Below, piece by piece: positions 8,126-16,188 of a stretch of 24,000 bases of DNA. Position 1 is the stretch's first letter, and each line of letters starts with the position of its first letter. The notes beneath the pieces were generated by a model that was not told the DNA's origin, did not search any database, and saw only the letters and a program-made list of their open reading frames with translations. This DNA is from Phaeobacter phage MD18, in sequence record MT270409.1; one strand, given 5' to 3'. A program made the translations under genes and the position numbers.

Positions 8126-8887
8126 TCAATCGATGGTGACCCTATGGAGCCAATGCTCCATGAAGTTGAAAGCTGAAGATCGGTACGCGGCCCCAAGGGT
8201 TACCCGCCCATCAATTTCAGTAAATGCAGGGATTGGAACAGACGGGGCAATCTGAAGGTCGTTCACAAACAGGCTAGCCACATTGTCTACGACATCCATA
8301 GTCACCCGGATGAGTTCCCCCTGCGGGAATACCAACGACTCTGTTGCCTGCGAAACCACCCACTGTGAGTTGTTGACACGTACCCGGAAGTTCACCGCAT
8401 CCGACGATCCGGAAATCTCCAAATTGGTGTTCCGAGAGGCTGATACATACGAGAAGAAGGTTCCTCGGGGGGTCCCAATCCCTCCTCCAAGACTCATGTA
8501 CGAGGTGATCCGGTACGTTCCCGTAGTCAGAACATCCAGAGCAGAGGCTACCCCCGGCTGTTCCGCAGACGTAAGGTACGAGGCCCCATCGAACTTCATA
8601 GCGGGCCCGACGGCGTTAGCGTCGTCCACGAATACGGTGTTCGCACTTCCTGCGTCGGAGAGGGCCCATCCCTCCTCAACATCCGTCCCTGCAGAAATCA
8701 GTGATGTCCCATCAAAGTTGGACGCATGCAGGTCGACCCGGTAAGTCGGATCGACAGGCTCTTCTGGGTCCTCCGTAAATGACGCCTCCACCCCAATAAA
8801 CGGGGGGAAGGGGTCATTCAGAATGGCATCCCCGAAAAGGGTCTCAGACTGAGACAGAGACGGCAATATGATTTTTGTGTTCGCCAT
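8126..8887 (-). CDS. LamG/concanavalin-like jelly-roll structural or tail-associated protein (253 aa)
   Basis: WALSDAGSANTVFVDDANAVGPAMKFDGASYLTS...GELIRVTMDVVDNVASLFVNDLQ pattern typical of lectin-like domains. Confidence 0.6.
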   Translation of the reverse strand: MANTKIILPSLSQSETLFGDAILNDPFPPFIGVEASFTEDPEEPVDPTYRVDLHASNFDGTSLISAGTDVEEGWALSDAGSANTVFVDDANAVGPAMKFDGASYLTSAEQPGVASALDVLTTGTYRITSYMSLGGGIGTPRGTFFSYVSASRNTNLEISGSSDAVNFRVRVNNSQWVVSQATESLVFPQGELIRVTMDVVDNVASLFVNDLQIAPSVPIPAFTEIDGRVTLGAAYRSSAFNFMEHWLHRVTID

Positions 8888-9180
8888 CAGCTCTTAGTGC
8901 TCGAAGACATAGGAGAGATCGCGGCATTGATTGCCGTCCTCTCCCCCGGAGAGGAAACTTCGACAAAAGCCGTACAACTCGGAAGCCAAACGACCTTCGC
9001 ACCCGGCTCAGTGAAGCTGGCGTCGGATACAGGGACCCCGACCGCCGGTCCGATATTCAACATCAAGGTAGCAGTGGCTCCCTCGAATTCACCAGACACC
9101 GCAAACGTGTACTGACCTGTCTCGATTTTAACGGGGGGCGTGTCACCGCCGGTGAAATTACTTGCAATCGGCGTTGTCAT
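8887..9180 (-). CDS. Hypothetical structural-type protein (97 aa)
   Basis: Complete ORF directly upstream of and touching 8126..8887. Confidence 0.6.
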   Translation of the reverse strand: MTTPIASNFTGGDTPPVKIETGQYTFAVSGEFEGATATLMLNIGPAVGVPVSDASFTEPGAKVVWLPSCTAFVEVSSPGERTAINAAISPMSSSTKS

Positions 9181-9220
9181 CCGTATTCCGTCCTATGTAT
9201 GCGGGAGTAAATCGCCACAA

Positions 9221-9249
9221 TTTCTAACACGAAATGGTCAAAATGTCAA
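9221..9249 (-). promoter_or_regulatory. Promoter candidate TTGACA-17-TAGAAA
   Basis: Minus strand TTGACAttttgaccatttcgtgtTAGAAA upstream of the 9180 start. Confidence 0.45.
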
Positions 9250-9275
9250 TATTTGTGACATTCTGGCATGTGTAT

Positions 9276-9351
9276 TGGTTGTCCCGGCTGGGATCGAACC
9301 AGCGCTGTCGAGGTTTATCGGACCTCCGCTCTACCGCTGAGCTACGGGACA
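9276..9351 (-). tRNA. tRNA-Ile(GAT), C33
   Basis: TGTCCCG...GAGGT CCGATAA ACCTC...CGGGACA-A-CCA. Confidence 0.85.
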
Positions 9352-9398
9352 AAATAAGTGCGGGGAATGAGCTAGACTGGACCGCGCCAGCCCCCGAC

Positions 9399-9461
9399 GT
9401 GCGACTCGGGTTCTCCCAGTTATGAGCTGGGCGCTCTATTCGCCGTGGGAGCGGCACGCAC
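9399..9461 (-). pseudogene. Degenerate tRNA-Met-like (CAT) sequence without a normal T-arm or CCA
   Basis: D-stem GCTC/GAGC, anticodon arm CCCAG CTCATAA CTGGG; no canonical TTCRA loop. Confidence 0.4.
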
Positions 9462-9510
9462 ACTTCCCCTAAGGTCCGATGGGTTCTCCCAAACCTTGTC
9501 AGACCGGTAT

Positions 9511-9586
9511 TGGAGCGGGCGATGGGGCTCGAACCCACGACCTCCACCTTGGCAAGGTGGCGCTCTACCTGCTGAGCTACGCCTGC
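9511..9586 (-). tRNA. tRNA-Gly(GCC)
   Basis: GCAGGCG...CCACC TTGCCAA GGTGG...CGCCCGC-T-CCA. Confidence 0.9.
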
Positions 9587-9670
9587 AATTCTTCGTGTCA
9601 GCCAATTACACGGGACTGACGACCGTGTCGGGTGTCGGCGCTCAACCATTTGGGAGCGAAAACACGTATC

Positions 9671-9744
9671 TGGATGCCCGAGCTGGATTCGAACCAGCGT
9701 TACCTGAGTCAGAGTCAGGCGTCCTGCCACTAGACGACCGGGCA
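9671..9744 (-). tRNA. tRNA-Gln(CTG)
   Basis: TGCCCGG...CCTGA CTCTGAC TCAGG...TCGGGCA-T-CCA. Confidence 0.9.
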
Positions 9745-9817
9745 ATATTGGCGATTTGCTACACTGGCTCGCCAGAGCCTCGATAGAGGCAGGGCCGTGG
9801 GCCGTGCCTTAGGAATT

Positions 9818-9891
9818 TGGAGCGGATGATCGGGATCGAACCGACGCACACGGGGTGGAAACCCGATGCTCTACCACTGAGCTACATCCGC
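9818..9891 (-). tRNA. tRNA-Gly(TCC)
   Basis: GCGGATG...loop TTTCCAC...CATCCGC-T-CCA. Confidence 0.9.
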
Positions 9892-9892
9892 A

Positions 9893-9965
9893 TGGTCCTC
9901 GGTAGAGGAGTCGAACCTCTGTAAGCAGGCTTCGTAGACCCGCCACCAGTTCCGCTGGACCAAGG
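9893..9965 (-). tRNA. tRNA-Arg(ACG), copy 1
   Basis: CCTTGGT...loop CTACGAA...ACCGAGG-A-CCA. Confidence 0.85.
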
Positions 9966-9970
9966 ATTTA

Positions 9971-10047
9971 TGGTAGTCCCGGCAGGACTCGAACCTGCAA
10001 CCTCCTGCTTCGTAGGCAGGCGCTCTCTCCAATTGAGCTACGGAACC
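9971..10047 (-). tRNA. tRNA-Arg(ACG), copy 2
   Basis: GGTTCCG...CCTGC CTACGAA GCAGG...CGGGACT-A-CCA. Confidence 0.9.
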
Positions 10048-10051
10048 AAAA

Positions 10052-10474
10052 CTATTCTGAAGTACCGAGTGACGTGCCGTAAAAAACGCGATCCACTACT
10101 TCGTTGCCGCCATCGTCGGTTGGGCAGTGGTGCCGCGTGCGGAATTCGATATCGTCATAATTCGCACCGGTCGTATCTGCGAGCAGCGTAAATGTGTGCC
10201 ATCCTGCTACTCGATCACCCTTCTCTCCGCCAACATCGGAGAGCGAAAGGCGCTCCCACTCCCCCAAAGACCTTGCGTGAGCTTCCAATTTTCGGAACTC
10301 ACATTCATTCTTGAAGAATGAAGCATGCAGGACGTGCCCCTTGGGGGTCTCTTCAAAGGAGTGGATCGTCACATTTTCGTAGGGGTTCACGGGGAAGAAA
10401 TAATCCTTCCAAGGAAAATTGATCAACCCTCCGATGAAAAGCCCGGCAACCACGGCAAGTGTAAGATCACGCAT
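10052..10474 (-). CDS. Hypothetical membrane-anchored protein
   Basis: N-terminal hydrophobic segment MRDLTLAVVAGLFIGGLINFPW; complete ORF (alternative start at 10492). Confidence 0.55.
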   Translation of the reverse strand: MRDLTLAVVAGLFIGGLINFPWKDYFFPVNPYENVTIHSFEETPKGHVLHASFFKNECEFRKLEAHARSLGEWERLSLSDVGGEKGDRVAGWHTFTLLADTTGANYDDIEFRTRHHCPTDDGGNEVVDRVFYGTSLGTSE

Positions 10475-10841
10475 AGGAAAGGTCCTCGACATCGATAATT
10501 TCTACAGGGTCACCCGCTCTCTTTGCGTCGTACCCCACTTTCATCATGTTTGCCGTGCCCCGCCCTCCCGAGAAGGCAATGATAAGCTCGGGCTTCGCGA
10601 ACTCGTACATTCTCAAGTTGCGGTTTGTTCCTGCAGGGTCACCTTCGGTGTCCCATAGAGCTTCCATCGCAACCGGCTGCACTCCCCTTTCTTTGGCCCA
10701 TTTATGGGCCATTCTGTCTGCACCGCGCGCGCCGCCGTGCACCAAAAACTTAAACGAACGCTCCGCGTGGAGCTTGTCGAGAACGCCGTACAACTCGCGC
10801 CGGTCCCGGTACTCCCGTCCTCCGGTAACCAATGCGATCAT
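10467..10841 (-). CDS. DUF2493 / SLOG (YpsA-related) family protein (124 aa)
   Basis: MIALVTGGREYRDRRELYGVLD...FLVHGGARGADRMAHKWAKERGV...RNLRMYEFAKPELIIAFSGGRGTANMMKVGYDA. Confidence 0.8.
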   Translation of the reverse strand: MIALVTGGREYRDRRELYGVLDKLHAERSFKFLVHGGARGADRMAHKWAKERGVQPVAMEALWDTEGDPAGTNRNLRMYEFAKPELIIAFSGGRGTANMMKVGYDAKRAGDPVEIIDVEDLSYA

Positions 10842-10886
10842 ATCGCCCTCCTGTTTGTTGCCTTTTCCCTCCTAGGAGGAGGTTTA

Positions 10887-10960
10887 TGGCGGTCCTGACG
10901 GGACTCGAACCCGCCTTCCCGGATAGACAGTCCGGGGCCTTCCCTGACGGCAACAGGACC
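10887..10960 (-). tRNA. tRNA-Asp(GTC)
   Basis: GGTCCTG...CCGGA CTGTCTA TCCGG...CAGGACC-G-CCA. Confidence 0.9.
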
Positions 10961-10967
10961 ATTGCCT

Positions 10968-11043
10968 TGGAACTGACGAGAGGACTCGAACCTCTTACTC
11001 TGGGTCCACAGCCCAGCGCGTACACCTGCAACGCTTCATCAGC
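10968..11043 (-). tRNA. tRNA-His(GTG)
   Basis: GCTGATG...CTGGG CTGTGGA CCCAG...CGTCAGT-T-CCA. Confidence 0.85.
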
Positions 11044-11051
11044 AAAAATCG

Positions 11052-11137
11052 TGGAGATGTGAGCGGGATTTGAACCCGCACTCCCTAAGGAGGCATCGGA
11101 GTTGCAATCCGTCACGTTCCCGTTCCGTCACCACATC
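11052..11137 (-). tRNA. tRNA-Cys(GCA) with a type II-like long variable arm
   Basis: GATGTGG TG ACG-GAACGGGAA-CGT...ACGGA TTGCAAC TCCGA, extra arm GCCTCCTTAGGGAGT, T-arm GCGGG TTCAAAT CCCGC, TCACATC-T-CCA. Confidence 0.8.
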
Positions 11138-11143
11138 TTTATC

Positions 11144-11218
11144 TGGAGAACCGAGTGGGGTTCGAACCCACGACCTGTTGATTAAAAATCAACGGCTCTA
11201 CCACTGAGCTACCGGTTC
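11144..11218 (-). tRNA. tRNA-Lys(TTT)
   Basis: GAACCGG...GTTGA TTTTTAA TCAAC...TCGGTTC-T-CCA. Confidence 0.95.
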
Positions 11219-11271
11219 AAGGGGGCTATTGCCCCGAATTTCATAGCGAGCGCATGAACCGCCCCCGCAAT

Positions 11272-11613
11272 TCACCGAGGCTGCTCCAGAGCAACAAGCT
11301 GATAACCTGACCCCGTTACCGAAGGTCCTACAACATCCCACCCAAGCTTCCACAGCTTCGGGCGATCCCGCGTAATTGTGGCCTGCACAACACTTGGCGC
11401 AGTTACCGGGGGACCACCTTCGTGATCCGCATACGCCGCGTAGCACAATTCACGCTTTGAGGCCGCACGTCGATCCCTCCGACACTCAAGCAAAAGGGCC
11501 AAAATGTTGGCAAAAATGCCAGAAAATCGAGTCAACAGCCACTCCGGGCTGCGCTGGATAGGGTTGGGCCTTCCACAGGTCGGGCAGAACGGGGTGTGGT
11601 GGGGGTCATCCAT
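11272..11613 (-). CDS. Small protein with zinc-ribbon-like N-terminus and winged-helix-like C-terminus (113 aa)
   Basis: TPFCPTCGRPNP...ILALLLECRRDRRAASKRELCYAAYADHEGG...SVVQATITRDRPKLWKLGWDVVGPSVTGSGYQL. Confidence 0.6.
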   Translation of the reverse strand: MDDPHHTPFCPTCGRPNPIQRSPEWLLTRFSGIFANILALLLECRRDRRAASKRELCYAAYADHEGGPPVTAPSVVQATITRDRPKLWKLGWDVVGPSVTGSGYQLVALEQPR

Positions 11614-11642
11614 GAGTTCAGATCACACTTCTATTGACATCC

Positions 11643-11672
11643 TTACTAGCACAGAAGTGCGCAAGGTGTCAA
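11643..11672 (-). promoter_or_regulatory. Promoter candidate TTGACA-18-TAGTAA
   Basis: Minus strand TTGACAccttgcgcacttctgtgcTAGTAA upstream of 11272..11613. Confidence 0.35.
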
Positions 11673-11830
11673 CGAAAGTGACATTTCGGTAATTCATGGA
11701 TGGACAGGGGGTTCTTCAGGCGCACACCCCCTCCGAAAACGCCACCGAAACGCGAACAAAGGACACAAAGGCGCTTGCCCACGCAGCTCGCATCTTATGC
11801 CGCCGAAAAGGCAGGATCAAGACGCTGAGT

Positions 11831-11905
11831 TGGCTCCCCGCCTAGGAATCGAACCTAGCTACAGCCGATTAACAGTCGGACCGCACACCTTGCGCGCCGC
11901 GGGGA
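11831..11905 (-). tRNA. tRNA-Asn(GTT)
   Basis: TCCCCGC...TCCGA CTGTTAA TCGGC...GCGGGGA-G-CCA. Confidence 0.9.
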
Positions 11906-11913
11906 ATGAAACT

Positions 11914-11988
11914 TGGTGGAGCACTCGGGAATCGAACCCGATGTCGGCAATCTTGCAAGGATCGCCCGCTACCCCATAGACGTGCCCC
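11914..11988 (-). tRNA. tRNA-Ala(TGC)
   Basis: GGGGCAC...CGATC CTTGCAA GATTG...GTGCTCC-A-CCA. Confidence 0.9.
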
Positions 11989-11998
11989 ATGAGGAATT

Positions 11999-12073
11999 TG
12001 GTGGGTCCTGCTGGGATCGAACCAGCGGCCTTCTGCGTGTCGAGCAGGTGCTCTACCTCTGAGCTAAGGACCC
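11999..12073 (-). tRNA. tRNA-Val(GAC), C33
   Basis: GGGTCCT...CTGC TCGACAC GCAG...AGGACCC-A-CCA. Confidence 0.85.
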
Positions 12074-12165
12074 GTTATTGGTGGAGGCGCTTCCGCTGTT
12101 CATCCTTTATACGCTCCCCTTGCCCGGAAAATCAGGCACCTGCATTGTCAAGAGGCAGGCTGAAT

Positions 12166-12241
12166 TGGTCCCCGGTGGCGGGATCGAACCGCCGCTGTCG
12201 GAGGGTGTAAACCTCCCGCTCTACCGCTGAGCTAACCGGGA
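12166..12241 (-). tRNA. tRNA-Val(TAC)
   Basis: TCCCGGT...GGAGG TTTACAC CCTCC...ACCGGGG-A-CCA. Confidence 0.9.
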
Positions 12242-12582
12242 ATATTTCGTATGCGCCACAGCTCTGTCGCCTGACAGGCATGGCCCTTCTTCCCGAACAC
12301 GTCGGAAAGACCTGATGCTTCGCGCAGGACCTGCAGAAGGTGCGGGTTCGCTGCGATGTACTCATCCCACAGTGCACTGTAGAGCGCGCGGCACTCTTCC
12401 GGATTGTCCGGCTTGAGGCCTATGCGTTCCCGCCATGTCAGCCCGTAGTCCTCGTCGAACTTCTTGGCTTCCTGATAGCGTCGCTCGATACTCTTCCCCC
12501 GGACCTTCGCGAAGAAGGCGGAGAAGCGGCGATCCCCGCGAGACGAGCACTCCAAAAAGGGGGCTTCGCCGTGCTTGATCAT
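12232..12582 (-). CDS. Hypothetical phage protein (about 116 aa from internal Met)
   Basis: MIKHGEAPFLECSSRGDRRFSAFFAKVRGKSIERRYQEAKKFDEDYGLTWRERIG...; start overlaps the stop of the upstream methyltransferase-like gene. Confidence 0.6.
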   Translation of the reverse strand: MIKHGEAPFLECSSRGDRRFSAFFAKVRGKSIERRYQEAKKFDEDYGLTWRERIGLKPDNPEECRALYSALWDEYIAANPHLLQVLREASGLSDVFGKKGHACQATELWRIRNIPG

Positions 12583-13205
12583 GCAGCCATCGCGAGCTGT
12601 GGTGCGCCCATGTAGTCGTCGACAAAACCCGGATAAGGAGGGATGCCGCGGCCAAAATGCATCGGGACCTTGCAGATCGAACGGGCGTCCGGGTGGAACA
12701 GGTGCCACTGGCAGTTGTCCTTACCAGACATCGTCGATCCTTCGATCCACTTCACACGCCCGATGGACACTGTTGCGACCATGCGTTCAAGGTAGGGCTT
12801 GGCCTGTACCGTCTGAACCCAGTCACTGTCGAACAGAAGCCACGTCGGGCGAAGCGCCGCGAACCGGTCAATCAGTCGGTGCAAAATCTGCCCGGTTGCC
12901 TTTCGGCGATCCCAAGGCGGATTGGTTATGATGAGGTCCACGTTTTCGAGATCGTGTTCCTCGATCAGAAGTGCGTCTTTGTGGGACACCCAGTCGCAAT
13001 CTGGAGAGATATCCGATGCCAGCAGGCACTGGGCCTTCCGGTCGGTTCCCTCACGAACATGCCGTACCAGTCGCCCGTCTCCCGCGCAGGGCTCAGCAAA
13101 GCTGAACCGGCCCGCCGGGAGGAAGGGGAATAGAGGCTTCACCGCCTCAAAGGGCGTCTGGTAGTAGTCCCGCTCTACCCGTTCAAAATTGGACCTCTTT
13201 CCCAT
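12579..13205 (-). CDS. SAM-dependent N6-adenine methyltransferase-like protein (208 aa)
   Basis: FAEPCAGDGRLVRHV (motif I-like) and DLIITNPPWDRR (NPPW catalytic motif). Confidence 0.75.
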   Translation of the reverse strand: MGKRSNFERVERDYYQTPFEAVKPLFPFLPAGRFSFAEPCAGDGRLVRHVREGTDRKAQCLLASDISPDCDWVSHKDALLIEEHDLENVDLIITNPPWDRRKATGQILHRLIDRFAALRPTWLLFDSDWVQTVQAKPYLERMVATVSIGRVKWIEGSTMSGKDNCQWHLFHPDARSICKVPMHFGRGIPPYPGFVDDYMGAPQLAMAA

Positions 13206-14170
13206 TAGGCCCTCGACTGAATGCCGGTCTGCAAAGACCGAAAATCTTCAGGCTGCCAAGCGACACCTGTGTCTGGATTGACGGAGAATTCCTCGACAAA
13301 ATACTCTCCCAGAACACTGAGGCTCTGGTCCGCCCCGTCGGTAACGTTCCCGTTACGGTGACGGAAGAAGTGCGTGAACCCCGAGAGGCCTGTTTCACCC
13401 TTCTGTGCAAACGTCTGTGCAACCACACGGTTGATTACGTCGCCGGGCTGTACATTTTCTACGTTGGTAACGCCGAAGGAAACCCGTCGATTGGGAAGCT
13501 CCGTAGAAATCCCGGTAGCGAGATCGTCGTCGCGCAACGCGTTGATCGACCCATCCCATTCCTGAAAGATGCCGAAGGAACGGGGGCGCATTTCACGTAC
13601 GCGCATTCCGCGGGTATCTTCGTCAGCGACAACGATTTCAGAGGCATATGTCGTCTGATACTGGTTGCTGTGGGCCCATGTTGCGCTCCGCGCTACTCCG
13701 CGGCCTCCTGCGACGTTATCAACGGTCTTTTCACCGTAGAGGGCACCGTTGATGTACCAGCGGCAGGTTACCGTTGAACCCACAATGACGTGAAGATCAA
13801 AGGAATATGCAACATTCTCTCCAAGCTGCTGCTCCCCGCTGCGGTCAACAGTATCGCCAACCACTTCCATATAGACCTTCGCGTCCGAATACCCCAGACG
13901 TACGAGGTCTTCGCTGTTCCCGTCCTCAATCGTGAGAAAGGTGCCGTCGATCAGAAGGAAGGTGTTGTCCCCCTGTGCGTGACGGAAATGGTACCAAACC
14001 TCTGTGCCTGACGGCGCGTCATGTGGAAGAGTGAGTACCCGGGCATTGCCCGTAGCAAAGCACCCCTCGACGCGCTTTGGGTCGAAGCGGGAAGAAACCA
14101 GCTCGGTGTTCCACTCATATCCGCCCACGCCAATATCGGCGGGGCCACATGCGACTTTTAGGATGCTCAT
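13205..14170 (-). CDS. Putative virion-associated/receptor-type protein (321 aa)
   Basis: Beta-rich lectin-like sequence; stop overlaps next structural-type gene. Confidence 0.5.
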   Translation of the reverse strand: MSILKVACGPADIGVGGYEWNTELVSSRFDPKRVEGCFATGNARVLTLPHDAPSGTEVWYHFRHAQGDNTFLLIDGTFLTIEDGNSEDLVRLGYSDAKVYMEVVGDTVDRSGEQQLGENVAYSFDLHVIVGSTVTCRWYINGALYGEKTVDNVAGGRGVARSATWAHSNQYQTTYASEIVVADEDTRGMRVREMRPRSFGIFQEWDGSINALRDDDLATGISTELPNRRVSFGVTNVENVQPGDVINRVVAQTFAQKGETGLSGFTHFFRHRNGNVTDGADQSLSVLGEYFVEEFSVNPDTGVAWQPEDFRSLQTGIQSRA

Positions 14171-14538
14171 GGTGGCGTCTCCTGACTAGCGTTTTCAAGG
14201 GCAAAGAAGTTGGTCTCTCGAACTGCGACGATGCTCTGCTGCCCCGGCGTCCCGCTGATCTCAAAGAGAGTGGAAAAGGCCCTCAATCCCGTATCAGACG
14301 CGCGCCCTTCAATGGCGAACAAACCCGTGGTGTTTACCCTTGGGCGGGTGTGGTTCAGCGCCTGTCCGTCAATGGCGAACAGTCGGAAGTCCTTGAGAAA
14401 CATGCGATCCGAAGCGGTACCAAAGTCCGTCCCATCCATGACGAACATTCGAGCGTCTCGTACAAAAGCGCGTGCTCCTGCGTTGAGCTCATCTCCGTCG
14501 ATGATGAAGGAATGTGATGTGGTAATCCTGAATGACAT
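14167..14538 (-). CDS. Hypothetical protein with internal FAIDG/FAIEG-type repeats
   Basis: MSFRITTSHSFIIDGDELNAGARAFVRDARMFVMDG...FRLFAIDGQ...GLFAIEGRA; 4-nt overlap with 13205..14170. Confidence 0.55.
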   Translation of the reverse strand: MSFRITTSHSFIIDGDELNAGARAFVRDARMFVMDGTDFGTASDRMFLKDFRLFAIDGQALNHTRPRVNTTGLFAIEGRASDTGLRAFSTLFEISGTPGQQSIVAVRETNFFALENASQETPP

Positions 14539-14619
14539 GCGACCCTCGATTGCGTGCAATTGTGTCATTTTTTACTGCCTAATGCAAGCAATTGTGACAC
14601 TTTGGAACGCGTAAATTCT

Positions 14620-14694
14620 TGGTGCCTGCGGGAGGATCGAACCTCCATCTCCGGGACTTCAATCCGGCGCTAAGACCACATCAGCTACACAGGC
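14620..14694 (-). tRNA. tRNA-Phe(GAA)
   Basis: GCCTGTG...loop TTGAAGT...CGCAGGC-A-CCA (A31/C39 mismatch). Confidence 0.8.
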
Positions 14695-14695
14695 A

Positions 14696-14781
14696 TGGTG
14701 AGTAGGGTGAGATTTGAACTCACATGGGTTTCCCCAACGGTTTTACAGACCGCCGCAGCTAACCGTATCTGCCTCCTACCC
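14696..14781 (-). tRNA. tRNA-Tyr(GTA), type II
   Basis: GGGTAGG...GCGGT CTGTAAA ACCGT...GTGAG TTCAAAT CTCAC...CCTACTC-A-CCA. Confidence 0.9.
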
Positions 14782-15171
14782 ATGAGAGGGGGCGTCGGGT
14801 GACACCCTCCCCTGACCCCACCTTGACCACTGTTCCGGAGTGGTGGGTACCCCGCCTAAGCCGTGGTCTGGCCCGCTTCCTATCCCTCTCGCCGTGATGT
14901 TCTCAGGGCTTGTCTGTCCGGTCGCGTTAGCAGTTGATTTAGAGGGTGCTAAAGGTCGAATATGGGGACGCGCATACATGCGCGCCCGATCCTCACTTGC
15001 TGGGTCAGAGACAGTGAGGATGCCTCTTGTAACGCCCAGCTCGTCCCTAGGGTCTCGCGGTTGAAGGCCCCGGCTGGTTCCCGTGAAGCACGGTGCCGAT
15101 TGCATTCTATCTCGTCCCCTTTGGTGTCCCCAATGCTGAACCGCGGGAACTACTCGGTTGTTGCGCGCCGA

Positions 15172-16161
15172 TCAGCTCGCCGCGCGCCATTCTTCATAAG
15201 CGGAGACGACCTTCTGCTCATGCACTGACATGACGAATTCGTCGATCCACTTCTTGTCCGCCTCGTCCCGAAACTCCGGGATCGGCTCAATCTCTTCCAG
15301 CGCCTCCAGACGCTCCTCGAACCGGTTCAGAACCGCCTCAACGGGCAGCTCTCCGGACCTGATCTGCAGGTAATAGGAGGCTTCCCGGCACGGGAACACC
15401 AGCTCCCCGGTCGCGAAGAGCTCCAAACCCTCGTCGACGATCCGCTGGGCGTGGTACAGGCCCTTCCAGTCGGGCCCGTCGCCTGACGCGGCATCCCGGC
15501 TGCGCTTGCCTGCTTCCACCAGTGGCTTTCGATAGATGCTCAGAGCTTCCTTCGGCTTACAGGTCATCGGGCATTCCCGGCCAAAGGCCGTGAGGTACGG
15601 CGTCAGTCGATACCCCAGAACGGAATTGCGCTGCGGGTCCCGCTTCTCATACACCTTCACTCCCTTGATCTGGTTCATCACGTCATTGACGTTCTGCTCG
15701 TTCATGGGGCGATTGGGATCGAGACATTCGAGGATCGTCACCAGCTTTTCCAGTGACGCAACCCGGTCTCCGCGGACGGAGTAGCGCATCGCCTGCCCCT
15801 TGGCGTAGCCGGTGAAAGCCTTCTTGTTCCGGGACATCAGGCGGAAGCGCTCATTCTTGATCTCGTCCCACAGCCAATCATCGTGCTGGTTGGGGGCAAA
15901 GAGCATTTCCAGAGCGTTGGTCTCCATCTTTGCCAGCATGGAGAGGTACTTCTGGACAGGGAAAGACACCATGTCGACGTCGTCAGCCGAGTTGGCAGTG
16001 TCGTTCGATCCGGTGGACTGGTCGATGACCGCGTTAGCGGTGCCCAAGAGGATCGACCGGGCGTCCGGTACGTGGACGGCTTTGTAGTCGGTGTCGGATG
16101 ACTCCGTGGCAGTCCCGAACAGTCGGGAGCCTGCGACGCAGCGGAAAATCTCGGTGGTCAT
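15172..16161 (-). CDS. Pol beta-superfamily nucleotidyltransferase-like protein (about 329 aa, COG3541/YcgL-like)
   Basis: MTTEIFRCVAGSRLFGTATESSDTDYKAVHVPDARSILLG... contains the GS...DxD nucleotidyltransferase signature. Confidence 0.75.
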   Translation of the reverse strand: MTTEIFRCVAGSRLFGTATESSDTDYKAVHVPDARSILLGTANAVIDQSTGSNDTANSADDVDMVSFPVQKYLSMLAKMETNALEMLFAPNQHDDWLWDEIKNERFRLMSRNKKAFTGYAKGQAMRYSVRGDRVASLEKLVTILECLDPNRPMNEQNVNDVMNQIKGVKVYEKRDPQRNSVLGYRLTPYLTAFGRECPMTCKPKEALSIYRKPLVEAGKRSRDAASGDGPDWKGLYHAQRIVDEGLELFATGELVFPCREASYYLQIRSGELPVEAVLNRFEERLEALEEIEPIPEFRDEADKKWIDEFVMSVHEQKVVSAYEEWRAAS

Positions 16162-16188
16162 TCTAGCCTCCTTCTGTCGGGTTGAAAT

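Noticed and set aside
7357-9786. Numerous plus-strand ORFs such as 7357..7692, 7728..8072, 7933..8139, 9445..9786 (proteins with VEGVEPSC, GGGNRTLPR type motifs)
   Set aside because: These are antisense translations of the tRNA genes, a well-known artefact
14776-15105. Minus-strand ORF of 109 aa between tRNA-Tyr and the nucleotidyltransferase
   Set aside because: Low-complexity composition, overlaps tRNA-Tyr 5' end, no recognisable domain; cannot be supported as CDS
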